Shown here: piece after piece, positions 31,797 to 44,446 of the stretch
How positions within the stretch are numbered: position 1 is the first letter of the stretch
Layout: the number at the start of each line of letters is the position of its first letter
Assembly (NCBI GenBank): GCA_905331295.1
Contig: CAJNYD010000054.1
Span: forward strand, 62,001 to 126,000
Origin: Rotaria socialis
Lineage: Eukaryota
DNA length: 64,000 bases
Direction: 5' to 3'
Made by a program: the position numbers and the translations under genes
Notes under the pieces: model-generated
What the model saw: the letters and a program-made list of their open reading frames with translations, nothing else
Told to the model about the DNA's origin: nothing
The model's database searches: none

Positions 31797-34246
31797 ATGG
31801 CTCTCTATCAAAAAACGTACGAATGAATTCTCATTTGAATCTTCAATATTTTTCTTGTTTTTAAACAGATTTGATCAATTCGAAGCGATACTAAAATGTG
31901 ACATGATCGATATAAAAAAACTCAAAGCTCTAGCATTCAACGGTAAAAGTCTTCATTCGAATAAGATTTTTCGATTGTAATTTTCTGTGCTTGAGTAGGT
32001 TGTCCAGACGAAAATGGTATTCGTAGTCTAACATGGAAGGTAAAATCAGTGGCATAATTGAGAATGATTTAAACCTTTGAATCGATTAGATATTGCTCAG
32101 TTATCTTGTGCTCGATCGAACTAAATGGGCATTACATTTAAGTAAACACCGGTAAAATAAAATTAAAATAAATGTAAATAAAACTTGAATTTTTCTTCGA
32201 TAGTGAATTATATCGTGGTTATATTCGAGAAACCATAATAAAGCCAGGGCTTACACCATCATCAGAATCTGCTGTAGTCGATCATGTTAGTTGCTGCTAC
32301 ATTTTCCTACTATCAATCGAATTTGTATTTATTTTAGCCATTAAATTCTGCGCCGGATAGTTCATGGGCTGTGTATTTTAAAGAAAATGAAGTTTTATTA
32401 CAAATTGATAAAGATGTTCGGTTCGTTTTTTCTTCTGTTCTCATTAATAAAACTACTTCGAACCTTTTTTTTTGTATAAATAGACGACTTTGTCCAGATC
32501 TATCGTTTTTTCAACGTGAAACGGATTATCCCTGTTCAGAAATCTTAAATCAAGAAGCTGGTTTTGAAAGTTTACGCAAACGCATTGAATCAACATCACT
32601 TAAAGTTGAAAATCGCGTGAATAGTCGATTAGATTTACAATATCAAAAGAAAGCCAATCATTCGAAAACAACCTATGACATGAACGAATATCAATGGCTG
32701 CCCGACGGACATGAAGCACATTGGGAAGTTGTTGAAAGAATTTTATTTATTTTTTCAAAACTTAATTCCGGACAAAGTTATGTACAAGGAATGAATGAAA
32801 TCATTGGGCCTATCTATTATACATTTGCAACAGATCCAAATCTAGAATGGAGAGGTTCGTATATTAAGATCAGTATTGACGACTGATCGGATTTAGATGA
32901 GTCTTAAAAATGTTAATATCTACTGAATACGGAAATGAACTATGCGATTAAGAAGAAGAGAAAGCTAATGCTAATTTTATCTGTAAACTTTTTTTTTCAT
33001 AACGGAAACTTTCAATTATCATGCTTTTGAATGGGGGTGTCACATTTTAATTTAAAATAAATTTAAATTCAAGAAATTAAAATTTAATTATCCCGGTATG
33101 TTGAAGAAGACAGATCACGGATCCTGCCTAATCTGTAGAGAAATTTTGACTATTATGAGCAAATATTAACTTAAAATACTAGGTTCTCCTCTCATTTAGT
33201 ATTTACCACTATTAAAGTCACGTATTTTCCTCATAGCAATGATGTATATCCATCCAAACAATTTCTTAAATTTGAATGATTTTTCAGTCCAAAAATTAAA
33301 ATTAAATTAACTTTTCGCGAATTTAAATTTAAATAAAATAAACTGTAAATTGACACCCCTACTTGTGGGTTGTAGTAAACTGGTTCTAAACTTCAACAAA
33401 CTGTTTATGGGCTGTTCCATCTCAACTGATACCCATCGTTTACGCTTATATAAGGTCGATAAGAGCTACGTTAGAATCTTTTCTGTTTTTTTTCTCTTAT
33501 TCACGTGTCCTCCTTGAAAACTAACACGAGCGCAAATTTTCTAAGAGCCACTATCTCCAGTTGAACAACATTTGACAATCACAGCTTCTCCATCATACAA
33601 ACAATAAATGTCCTACTAGTATTTTTACTTGAATGTGAAGAAAAATTCGAATTGATTCAAAAATGTTTATTTTTAGAACATGCTGAAGCTGATGCATTTT
33701 ATTGTTTCACCAATTTAATGATACATATTCGAGATAATTTTATGAAAATCTACGATCATTCTGAATTCGGTATACTCGTACGCATGCAAAGGTTTCTCAT
33801 TTTATTGAAGAAAACCGATGAGAGTATTCATTATTTATTTGAAAAGCAAAAATTAAAACCCGAATTTTATGCATTCCGGTGGTTAACATTATTATTATCA
33901 CAAGAATTTCGTTTGCCAGATGTTGTACGCATTTGGGATTCATTATTTGCTGATCAAGAACGAAACTTTGAATTTCTTCTCTATATATGTTGTGGCATGA
34001 TTGTGTATGTTGATAGTTGTTTTTTTCGTACGAGAAGAATTTTGTATTTTCTTTTTAGTCTTCAACGAGATCGTCTTTTAAATGGATCTGAATCACAAAA
34101 TATAAAATTACTACAAGTTTGTTGATGAATAATTCAGCAGATGTATTTTATTGAATTATTTATGTTTTTAGAATTATCCACAAGATATTGATGTCTATCA
34201 AATACTAGAAAAAGCTGTGGAACTCAAGCGACTTTATGTTTTGTAA
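31797..34246 (+). CDS. TBC1D13: TBC1 domain Rab-GAP family member 13; multi-exon
   Basis: DHPLN..W..YFKENEVLLQIDKDVRRLCPDLSFFQ, EAHWEVVERILF, YVQGMNEIIGPIYY, EHAEADAFYCFTNLM, FYAFRWLTLLLSQEF, LLQNYP. Confidence 0.93.
33032..33361. mobile_element. Degenerate hAT-like MITE in a TBC1D13 intron
   Basis: Left end TGGGGGTGTCA, right end TGACACCCCTA (reverse complement TAGGGGTGTCA). Mirrored AT-rich subterminal sequence (aaatttaaattc/gaatttaaattt). Flanks cttttgaa and cttgtggg match 5/8. Confidence 0.55.
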
Positions 34247-34780
34247 TTATAATTTTCCGTTGTTTTTGTAACAGTATTGTGTTGACGTGAATGTGAGATG
34301 ACTCAGATACGAACGCAAAAATTAACTTTTTATTGTACTTCGATCTCTCCTGTAATTATTTTCTCGAGACTTTATCATATTCATATTTTTATTTGTGCAA
34401 TATAAGAAGTCGCTCTGTGTTTTTGCTTGATGCATAACTAGTATAACCATTCCTGTTTCTACATGTGATCATGGATTTCTCAATATTCCTCAACTTTCGT
34501 TTTTTTTTGTAATGCTTTAATTTCGGTCATGGTATATAATTATATTAATAAACGAGGCAAAGTTCATATGTTTGAAAGTTTTCCTATTCTGCGCAGAATG
34601 GGAACTTCGAATAATGCTTGATGATTTGTCATAAACGATAGCTATTGTGAAAATATTTAATATCAATCAATAGTTTGAACAAAGAAATTATGGTTTTTCT
34701 TATAAAAAAATTCCCAAACGTCTATGCCATTCTTCTTCAAAGGCATAAATATATTTATTTCAAGTTAATCATCCTTCTAG

Positions 34781-36864
34781 ATGTCTACCGTCATATCAAC
34801 AAATGAAACTGATTTCGTTATCGCTAATGATCAAGTTAAAGTATGAATATGGAAATTGAATTGTATTATCTTAATCTTAATTTAATTGATTTTCTCTCAT
34901 ACAGGGTCGACAAATCATTGCTAAAAGAATTTATCAATCTGGGGAATTGATTTTTCACGAACAACCACTTGTTTCAGCTCAATTTGAATGGAATAAATTA
35001 TACAAATATTCTGTATATTATTAAGAAGAAAAATAAATTCATACAAAATATAAAATATTCTTTGTTTTCTTTCTTTCTTTCTCGAGGCATGCGAATGTTG
35101 TTTATATCCGTTGGAATCCTGTGAACAAAATGTTCGTCGTCTATGTCAAGATTCAGCCATTGTTATTCTACATCCAGAATGTGATCCGAATCGAAACATG
35201 GATCAACGAATTGTACGATGTCCGAAGTGCAATGTTAGTTTAAAATTTTGTAAATTCTTCTGTTTTTATTTTCTAATCGATTATTTATAGGAAATGTTTT
35301 GTTCAACAACATGTTATCAGCAAGCCATGAATAATTATCATTTTACTTTATGCCAATCAAATGAGAATCAAGAGAAAGATCAGTTAATTCGACATATTAT
35401 TGATTTATGGAGGTAATATAAAGCCTAGAAAAGAAAAATTATTTCTATTCTTATTCTATTAGATCAGTTCATCCTCCACCGGAAACAACATCAATTTCAC
35501 TTGTACTCAAAATAATGGCTATGCTTAAACAAGTAAGATCATTGTAAATGAATATTTTTGGTTTGTAAGACATTTACTTTTAGACCGACAATCGTTTAAT
35601 ACTTCTTCAAGAACTTCAAAAGTTTTCTCAAGGTGTTCAAAGTGAAAATCAACAATTTTATCATAAATTATTACGCAAAGAATTTGAAGTTTGTCTTCTG
35701 TTGTAGAGCTCACTTATTCAAATCTTTTTTTTTTTATTTAAATTTAGACTCAAGTAGAACAATTGAGATATGCTCTAGAACAATTCAATGAAAAGTATAT
35801 TCAATTAGCGGAGTTTAAATGGTTTCTTACATCGAATGGTTTTCGACAGCTGCTTGCTTTGCTTGGTCGAAATCAACAAGGTGTTGGAACAAGTTCTCTG
35901 GCTTTGTGGGTTAAAAATTGTGAAGCTCTATCTGAACCGCAACAAGCCATTGCAGCAGCAGCAGCAGCAACAGCGACTAGTGAAGCATCACAATTCATCG
36001 ATGCTCTTTATACAAAAATAGACGATAGTAAAATAGACGACTTCATTCATGTATATAATTGAATATTGAATTCGATTTAGTTTCCGGTGAATTTATCGAC
36101 TGTGAAGGAAGTGGATTATTTAAATTACAAAGTTGTTGTAAGTTGAATTTAACAGAATCAACGAAGATACATTTTTTCGTTTGCAGTAAATCATAGTTGT
36201 GATGCTAATGCTGAGATACAATATCTACATAATAATTCAACATTATCTGTTGTAGCAACACGATTGATATCAAATAATGAAGTATTTGTTTTTTCATATA
36301 GTGTATTCTCGTTTTTCTATTATTAAATAATTATTTGTAGGAAATTACAATTAATTATCTATCGGAATGCGATCGAAATCGTTCCAGACATTCAAGACAA
36401 AAACTTCTTCAGTATGTAAAATTTATTCTATTCGAAAAAAAAACATTTCAGAAATTTTAAATCGTAACTGAACTGATGGACTTTTATCACGACTATCGAG
36501 ACTTGAGAAACTTAACTTATATAAGTTTCAATAGTGGCACGAATGTTTTTCGACTTATTTCAGTCTGAATAGTGCTGGCCTAGTGATGCAAGATTTGTTT
36601 CACAAGTGATTCCTTACTTAGTAAAATACTGTTACTAAGATCATCTTGTCTTGGGGGTATTTTGCATTCTCTAACAGTTATATTCACAGTTCAGAAGTTG
36701 GACATAAAATAGAGTTCACTATTTTGCAAGAGGAAATTATGTAAATATTTTACTTTAGGGAAAATTACTTGTTTTTATGTCAATGCAATCGATGCACATC
36801 GGAAAGTGCCGAACCCGATGAGACAAGTGAAGAAGAAAGTGAAAATGATATGGAAGAAGATTAA
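34781..36864 (+). CDS. SMYD5: SET and MYND domain lysine methyltransferase SMYD5; multi-exon
   Basis: [16 protein letters not shown] Cys pattern, [66 protein letters not shown], acidic tail. Confidence 0.93.
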
Positions 36865-37880
36865 ATTGTTATCTTTTTTTTGTTGCTTCTTGTTTTTTTT
36901 TGGTCTTGAAAAATAAATAAACAACAAAAACGAAATGTCAATGTGACATCATGACCATCAATTTCTTATACTTTCACCTATACAATATGACCATAAATTA
37001 TTCTTATTCTATTTTACAGACTAGACAAAAACACAAAGGCCTATTTTATTTTCTTCTCTCATAAAAATCCAGTAAACATATCTGTTGAATATCTTGGTTA
37101 TAAGCGATGGATTAAATATATACTTTAATCGTTTACTTCCTTAAGAAAACAGTAATGAATTTTGTGCGTTCTTATTGGTTCGAATGAATAAATATAAAAT
37201 CCAGAATAAATTTTTGTGAAACAAGGAATTTTCTCTGCATTCTTACTATTTTTCTTTGGTGATCATTCTCATCAATGGAATGATCATTTTTTTGTTGAAT
37301 GCATATATGCAAGATCAAGCTACCTCTCGATTATTCATCCAAGGCAACAGTATTTTTCAGTAACGATTTCATGTCTATGTTCGTTTAGAAGGAGTCAAAG
37401 TTCGCTTTTTACGCTTGTATGATTCTTTCAAGGTTTCAAGTCATGATGAAATTTTCTTTGCTTATATGTTTCTGATATAGCTTTGGAAGAAAAAAACCTT
37501 TTGTTAATCTGAACTTTATTTTATATCTACGTGGAAAAAAATTAACTGATCATTACATGAAGTTTTAATCTGACAATGACAAGGATTAGTAAAAAGAATG
37601 TTACAATCGAATATGAATGAAATTTGCTGTTAAAATCTATTTGTTATTAGTTGTGATAAATTTTGATTTGAATCATCCATAGAACTTCCACAAAAATAAT
37701 ACCATGTTTGATTTGAATACTTAAGAATAGCATTAAAGGATCAGCAAGATCCATGCGTTCCAGAAAATGTAGACGAGTATGGAGACTACTAATAAAATCT
37801 TTTATAAAATCGTCATAAATTGAAGCATTCTATATATTATCGTTGGTAAAATCGATTGTTGATTCCCACGGATGTAATAA

Positions 37881-38175
37881 CCCAGATGAACAAATCCGAT
37901 GGGATTCTGGATCACGGAACCACTAATGGATCCGACGGAAAAAAACATTTAATTCATTGACCACTAATTAGTACCTCAAGCCAACATTAGAGGGTAGTCT
38001 GAGTCGAGCTTTGATCCGATGATTATCCAATGTTATTCCGACACTAGGGATCCGAATGTCATTCCACAACCCGGAATCTGATAGAAATTCGTTGGTTTAT
38101 TGGAAATTCATATAAAATCCGATCGAATTCCTATAGGATCTTATTGGGTTCGATTGTCGGAATGATCCTGCTGGG
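37881..38175. mobile_element. Degenerate CCCAG..CTGGG MITE with internal ggatccga/gattc repeats
   Basis: Termini cccagatgaacaaatccga and reverse complement cccagcaggatcattccga match 13/19. Interior rich in short atccga/ggaatc motifs. Confidence 0.5.
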
Positions 38176-38266
38176 AAGCATAAAAGACGAATCCGAGAAG
38201 CTTTTATCTCCATTAACAGGTCCATCAATTGTATTTAATGACGTCACAATGCCATTGTGTTCGCCA

Positions 38267-38432
38267 CCCATGCCGATCAAAACAGACCACCGTAAAACGA
38301 CCGTTTTAAGCCGTATTATGGCGTTTTAACACGGGCCGTATTACGATCATACACGGACACCGTAGGTCCGCCGTAAACTAGCCGTGTTTTCATCGTATAC
38401 GACCGTTTACGGTTCGTTCTGTTCGACCAGGG
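38267..38432. mobile_element. Small imperfect inverted-repeat MITE (CCC..GGG, rich in accgt/acgg)
   Basis: Left cccatgccgatcaaaacagacc vs reverse complement of right end ccctggtcgaacagaacgaacc. GC-richer palindromic interior. Confidence 0.55.
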
Positions 38433-38435
38433 TAC

Positions 38436-38684
38436 AACTTCCACGAAAATAATACCATGTTTGATTTGAATACTTACGAATAGCATGACACATAGCATGA
38501 CACAATAAGTGACATATAACAATAAAAAATTGAAGTATTTTACGTAAGCGTAAAAAACATAAAGCCAAAGACAAAATTACAGCAATTAATACGTGTTTCC
38601 ATACTGACAAATTTCCTATGACATTCACTATTAAACCAACACCAGCAACCGCTGCTGTACATATAAATTTTATCAATTTGCGTT
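38436..38684 (-). pseudogene. Orphan exon encoding hydrophobic (2-3 TM-like) segments, broken at a MITE
   Basis: Acceptor ttctag at 38685-38690 (minus strand), then RKLIKFICTAAVAGVGLIV..KYSNQTWYYF. The last 51 bp are duplicated at 37683-37733, and no upstream exons are visible. Confidence 0.35.
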
Positions 38685-39307
38685 CTAGAAACAGAAGTAA
38701 TAAAATAAGTTAGTTTAAAAATTAGGAAAGAGATAAGAATCTATGATAATCAAGCGAGGAGATACGTACAAATATTCAACGAGTCTAATCCAATTTAGTA
38801 TGGTTTTCTGTCGCGAACTATGAGTGCGGATATTTTCTGATGATTGAAGACATAAGATCTAGTCAAAAACGAATCTCATTTGAAACTGGTATGAGAATGG
38901 TCCTCCTTTTCCTCCTTTTTCTCAAAAAGCGTCCTCCTTCTCCTCCTTTTCACCTAAAAATCCTCCTTTTCCTCCTTTTGTCATTTAAGATAAAAAATGA
39001 AAATTTTAAATATTTCAAGCAAAACGTTTTGATGAATCAGCAATTCAAAAGATATCTCAAGTAATTCATATTAGCATTAGCATTAACACGACAAGGTATT
39101 AATTTTCAATGAAAATCAAATTATAACTAGTTTTAATATATAATTTATTATGTAGGTTTGTTATTTGTGTTGTATTTGTAAATTTCTTGTATATTTTTTG
39201 AAAAAAAAATTCAATAAATTTCTTTCTATCTCTATTAAATTAAAAAATAGTTATTTCTATTGATATCGAAAAAATTACGTTGAATTTTTAATGTTTTATG
39301 TTTATGA

Positions 39308-39407
39308 NNNNNNNNNNNNNNNNNNNNNNNNNNNNNNNNNNNNNNNNNNNNNNNNNNNNNNNNNNNNNNNNNNNNNNNNNNNNNNNNNNNNNNNNNNNNN
39401 NNNNNNN
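39308..39407. other. Assembly gap (100 N)
   Basis: Run of N. Confidence 1.
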
Positions 39408-39625
39408 CCACATTTTGTACCTACAAACCGGTTGCGACTCGCTCAACGACTGGCTCCAAGAAAACGAAGACTGGTTCCAAGTAGAACTCGATGAGCTCTA
39501 CTTAATGGTCACCTTGCGAATGCGATTAGGTGCTTCCAATCTGCCAAAACCCGCTAATTACCTAAAAAAAGCCGGATTCCGTACCTGCAAACCCATTGCG
39601 ATTCGGCCAGAAGCAGTTTCTAACT
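39408..39625 (+). repeat. Left arm of the 163-164 bp repeat array (~1.3 units visible, runs into the gap)
   Basis: ccacattttgtacctacaaaccggttgcg is the reverse complement of 41331-41360, and the similarity continues for a full unit. Confidence 0.85.
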
Positions 39626-40619
39626 GAAACACCACAGGCGAATATGCATTGTGATGTGTTTAATCGAATACACAGATCTTTAACTGGTGCGGAAGCGTCT
39701 GGTCTGAAAAATCAGGCGAAGTTTCTTTTGCCGTCATTTATCAAGCGTTACCTGAATCCACTACGAAATAGCGTAGATAAATTTTTTCCCTCTGTAAAAT
39801 AGAAATTCCGTAGCAGTTTTGTGCTAACATTTGCATAATGTAAATTTATGCAGTTCAGCGTATGTGCGATAGCTTTCTTATTTCATTGGTTTTTATTTAT
39901 TATTGTGGAAGGCTTCATCGTTCGGATAGTTACAAAGATATTCAACATGCTTTGGAAAATTTGAAAACCTCTCGATTTTTTTAATTTTATGATAGCTAGT
40001 TATAAAATACATTGGTACGAGTCGCACTCCAGCGTCAGTATTCAAGAAAAATTAGTTACTGGTCATTCGCTTCGTCCTATGGGCGGAAGAGATTGGAAGA
40101 GAATAGAATAATTATATATCGATAGACAGAATGGAACAAAAATCAGATTATTCGTCCATTATATATCGATAGACAGAATGAAGACAATTATTACTTGCTG
40201 TTCATCCTTAACGAATACTGCTTAGGTACAAACGTGTCGCGCATTGATTGTGAACACATCGGATGCGCTCAATTGTAGTGCACAAAAAAATAGCATGGTT
40301 TTTTCGGTTCCTTCAGCTTTCAAGATAAGAATAGCAGTGAGGACTATTAAGGCGAATATTAAAAGAATCATTATCTATTGGATACAATTAGACCTAAATC
40401 GAAGCGGAAAAGAATCTAATTACCAACTTGTTTAACGTGCTTCTTTTCATCAATCAAATCGCATGTAATTCAACTCATTAGAAGCGGCTATTACGTTCAC
40501 GTCAGGTAGCTAGTAGGACATTCCCAGCATCTCTCCAAAGAATTCTCAATTAGGGTAACCTCACGATTTTTCGATTAGCAACTATTCCGAAGCGAAGACT
40601 GGCAATTCCAACGAAAATG

Positions 40620-41480
40620 ACTTCGAAATTCGTTTGTTCCGAATCATTTGAGCATGAGAACCAGCCGTTAAGGGCATCCCGACGGGTTCTACCAACACAG
40701 CCGGATGTTTCAGGCAGTAGTCCGTCGAGTTCTGTGGATTAGAAACACTTAACCGCACTCGAAAAGTGCCCATTTAGTAGACCTCCTCGATTTCTACTTG
40801 GAGCCACTCTTTCTTTTGTTGGAGTCAGTCGTCGAGGGAATCGCGACTGGATTGTAGATACAAAAACCGGCTTCTTGTACGTAATTAACAGATTTTAGCT
40901 CAGTGGAAGCACTTAATTGCATTCAGGGGCTCGCCATTAAGTAGAGCTCACCGTGGCCTCCTAGGAGCCAATGTTGGTTTTGTTGGAACCAGTCGTTGAG
41001 GGAATCGCGACGGGTTCTAGGAATAAAAACCTGGTTTTGGTAGGTAATTAGCCGATTTTGGTGGATTGGAAGCACTGAATCGCATTCGGAAGGTGACTAT
41101 TGAATAGAGCTCGTCGAGTTCTACTTGGACAAAGTCTTGGTTTTGTTGGAGCCAGTCGTTGAGTGAATCGCGACGGGTTCTAGGAATGAAGGCGTGGCTT
41201 TGGCAGGTAATTAGCAGATTTCGGCGGATTCTAAGCACCTTCTTGCATTCGGAAGGCGGCCATTGAATAGAGCTCGTCGGGGTCTACTTGGAAGCAGTCT
41301 TGGTTTTGTTGGAGCCAGTTGTTGAGCGAACCGCGACCGGTTTGTAGGTACAGAATGTGGCTTTTTTTAGGTAATTAGCCGATTTTGGTGGTTTGGAAGC
41401 ACTGAATCGCATTCGGAAGGTGACTATTGAATAGAGCTCGCCGAGATCTACTTGGAGCCAGGAAGTCCTTAGTTGGAGCC
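40620..41480 (-). repeat. Right arm: ~5 diverged tandem units of 163-164 bp, inverted relative to the left arm
   Basis: Anchor GA(G/C)CTC at 40780, 40944, 41107, 41270 and 41434, each followed by ..ctacttgga..ttttgttggagccagtcgttgag.gaatcgcgac-like sequence. Confidence 0.9.
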
Positions 41481-41721
41481 AGCTTCACGCGAATATATTC
41501 AAGAAATACTCGAATCCTGACCTAAGATATCCTACGTCAAGTTTTCGTATATTCAAATGACTGAAATACATTAGCAGAGATGTCTTACATTAAAATATTA
41601 AACTCGTTATTTATAGTGATAGAATATAAGCATACTTCGATTGCCTGAATATAACTTTTCTTGTGAATTTATTTATGTTCATTCATTTCGAACGTTCATA
41701 CAGCGCTTCAATACTAATTTT

Positions 41722-42676
41722 CTGGTGGGGTGTTATGATTAAGAAAACGATGACGAAGATACGTCAACGCGTAGCCCTTAGTAGATCGTTCAAACTTAAT
41801 GGTGGTTCTTCTCCCCAGCTTAGACAGGCTCTGTTCACTTCATTTATTCCCCCACTGTTTTCATGGATATTCCCACTATTTCCACTCTTTTCAGATAAGC
41901 AGAGGCAAGATTTATCGCATTTTTACTTCACGTGCTTACGTAGAGTCTTGTTTGCTGCACAATGGAACGAAGTCTTTTTCGCGTATGCAATGGACATGAA
42001 GTCACTTGAGGATCGGTGCTTATCATATTGGGAAAACTATCTGATTGCATTAGCCGACTCTACGGGCGGCGAACTTCTCCTAGAGAAAGCCAACATTAAT
42101 GAGTTCAGGCAAGCCTGGCTAGAAGGAGAATTCCCTCTGAAATGTCTCAGAAGATCGAAGAGATTCATAAGCCATACATCAATTATCGGAAAAATCATGT
42201 CATGACTCAGGTCGGTCCCTGGTTCTTCCTCTATTCCCTTCTTCGAGATGGAAGAAGTTCAACTTCTCCAAGACTACCCTGAAACATTCTGATCCCCGCA
42301 TATTGATAACTCGCTTATTTCTGTTCCTGCTCCCTAATGTGGTGCAACGCAGTTTCTCTTTCTCTTTCAGAGTTACTTTTTTGTTATTGTCTTTTTTGTT
42401 ATTGTCTTTTTTGTTATTGTCTTTTTTGTTATTGTCTTTTTTGTTATTGTCTTTTTTGTTATTGTCTTTTTTGTTATTGTCTTCATTGTTTGTTTTAATT
42501 GTTGTTTCAGTCACTGTTGTTTATGTTTATGTCGTCTTCTGGTTATAACTTTATATCTTCTCTCCACCATTTTCTCATTTTTTTCATTTTCATTTTTTTT
42601 CTTTTCTTCTCTATTCCCGGTGCTGGAAGGATCTTTCTCGTATCACAGCTTTGCTGCATAAATAAATAATAAAAAA
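41722..42676 (+). mobile_element. 5'-truncated non-LTR retrotransposon (RT C-terminal region, 3'UTR, A-rich tail)
   Basis: GC-richer ORF WGVMIKKTMTKIRQRVALSRSF..LRQALFTSFIPPLFSW..FTCLRRVL..SLEDRCLSYW resembles the LINE RT thumb/C-terminus. Internal TGA at 42203, natural stop about 42292, T-rich UTR, tail aataaataataaaaaa. No TSD seen. Confidence 0.7.
42376..42480 (+). repeat. Seven perfect 15-bp units (CTTTTTTGTTATTGT)
   Basis: Direct count of exact tandem copies. Confidence 0.97.
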
Positions 42677-43489
42677 GCAATGGTAAGCAATCAAGATCAA
42701 ATGAATTTTATTTCTGTTTGTAAAATTTAACATCCCGCTTACTGCATAAATTGGTTTTTTGTTGGTTTAATTGATTGTTGTGCAAGCGATCGTAAAGATC
42801 ACAAGCATTCCTAAAAGTGACAAAAAAACAAAGCTTGTAATATTGACTAGACCGCTAATTAATCTTTTATGTTGTCGTGTTACATCGTATGTGCACCAAC
42901 AACAATTATTGACGATCTTTTATATTTATTTTTCTAGATGATATTTTACATGTATACAAAAATTGCTCAAAGTTTATGACTTATTTTTCAATTAAATCTT
43001 GATATGAACATTCATTTTCTATATTTAAAAACAACAGTGAAGAACAAGTAATGAAAAAGATGAAATTTATCTGTATTTTTAATAGTCTTCAAAATGAAAT
43101 ATTCTCGCATGAAATAGCCGACCTTTTTACCTTCTCCAACGCTACATACGAAAGGGAATTTAGAGGTGTCGGAGAAAAAAACAGGAATCAATTATTCAGT
43201 CAGTTTCACTGTTGTTCACTTTTGATTCGCTTGTAAATACTTCTTTTTTTATTCCTTTTCAAGAGAACAATAAAATTGATATTATGAAATCCTAAATGTT
43301 TAGATGGAAGCTTTTATTCGATTGATGAAAAACAAAATTGAAACGAATACAAATAGAAAACAGAAATATTGTAAACGGATCGTACATATATCATTTGAAT
43401 TTGATTATTAGATGTTTGTTGATCAAGGAATATGGTCAAACGTACATAAAGATGAATTCATAGTGTCATCAAACCATTTTCTATTTAAA

Positions 43490-44446
43490 AGGCCATATGA
43501 GTCTTTGTATACGTTCCCGATCGAGCCAATTCGTTACAATACTTGCTCTATGCTTTGGATCGTTGGCGTGTTGGAAGTACCAGTCATTGTTCATGCTCAA
43601 TTTCTTCACCGATTGTAATAAAGTTTTTTGTAAAATATCTCTATACAATTCGCCAGTCATATTGCCATCGATGATAACCGAATTACCAACGCCAGATGCT
43701 GAAAAGCATCTCCAACGCTTAACATTTCCGCCTCCATGCTTCACAGTTGGCACTGTACATCTTGGATTAAGTTATTCTGCTGTTGTTCGCCAAACCATTA
43801 CCTTCCCATCTGAACCGAATAAGTTGAATTTGCTTTCGTCTGACCAAAGGACACTATTCCAGAAGCCCAAAGGCTTTTTACGATATGTTATCAGCATATT
43901 CAAGTCTTTTGCCACGGTTAACCTTGTTGACATATGGTTTTCTCCGAGCAACGCGACCGTATAAACCGATTTCATGAGCACGCCGACGAATTTTTGCTTC
44001 AGAAATTGTAAATTTAAGTTCAGTTTGAGTTGAGCTTTGATAGATGTTGACGATAGTCGCCGATCAACTTTGATTTTACGTTGTATAATGCGATCAGTGT
44101 GACTTGTAGTTTTTCTTTTTCGACCTCTTCCAATAATATTTCCAATACATTTTGTGGATTTATACTTTTGAATCATATAATGAACAGAGGTACGTGGAAT
44201 TAATGCGTTTTGAGCTATTTCACGCTCATTGTTGCCATTCAGGAAGTGTTTAATAACAACTTCACGTAAGTCATTTGAATATTCTTTCGTCTTCTTTGGC
44301 GCCATCACAGTAATTATGTTCTTGACAGCCGACTGAACTATTTTGAACGTACCATACGAACAAACACAAAAAAGAGGGCGCCAGGAATAAGCTCACTAAT
44401 GATACTGAACAGTTTCGTAATGGTCGGATAATTTTGACGGCCCCTG
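43490..44446 (-). mobile_element. Tc1-family transposon, frameshifted and 3'-truncated (5' TIR only)
   Basis: HTH MAPKKTKEYSNDLR..GRGRKRKTT, WSDESKFNLFGSDGK, PTVKHGGG and FQHANDPKH (D to A); sequence ends at WP before SPDLNPIE. Terminus TA|CAGGGGCCGTCAAAATTATCCGACC at 44448-44422. Confidence 0.9.

Noticed and set aside
35951..35975. Poly-Ala (GCA)n insert in SMYD5
   Set aside because: A short in-frame slippage tract in a variable loop; unremarkable.
40620..41480. Repeat array as CRISPR, hammerhead-ribozyme (Penelope/Terminon) repeats or protein repeat
   Set aside because: No unique spacers or cas genes, no CTGAnGA..GAAA core seen on either strand, and the period is not divisible by 3.
42200..42548. 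KKDNN and LLSFL repeat ORFs
   Set aside because: Translations of the 15-bp minisatellite in the LINE UTR.
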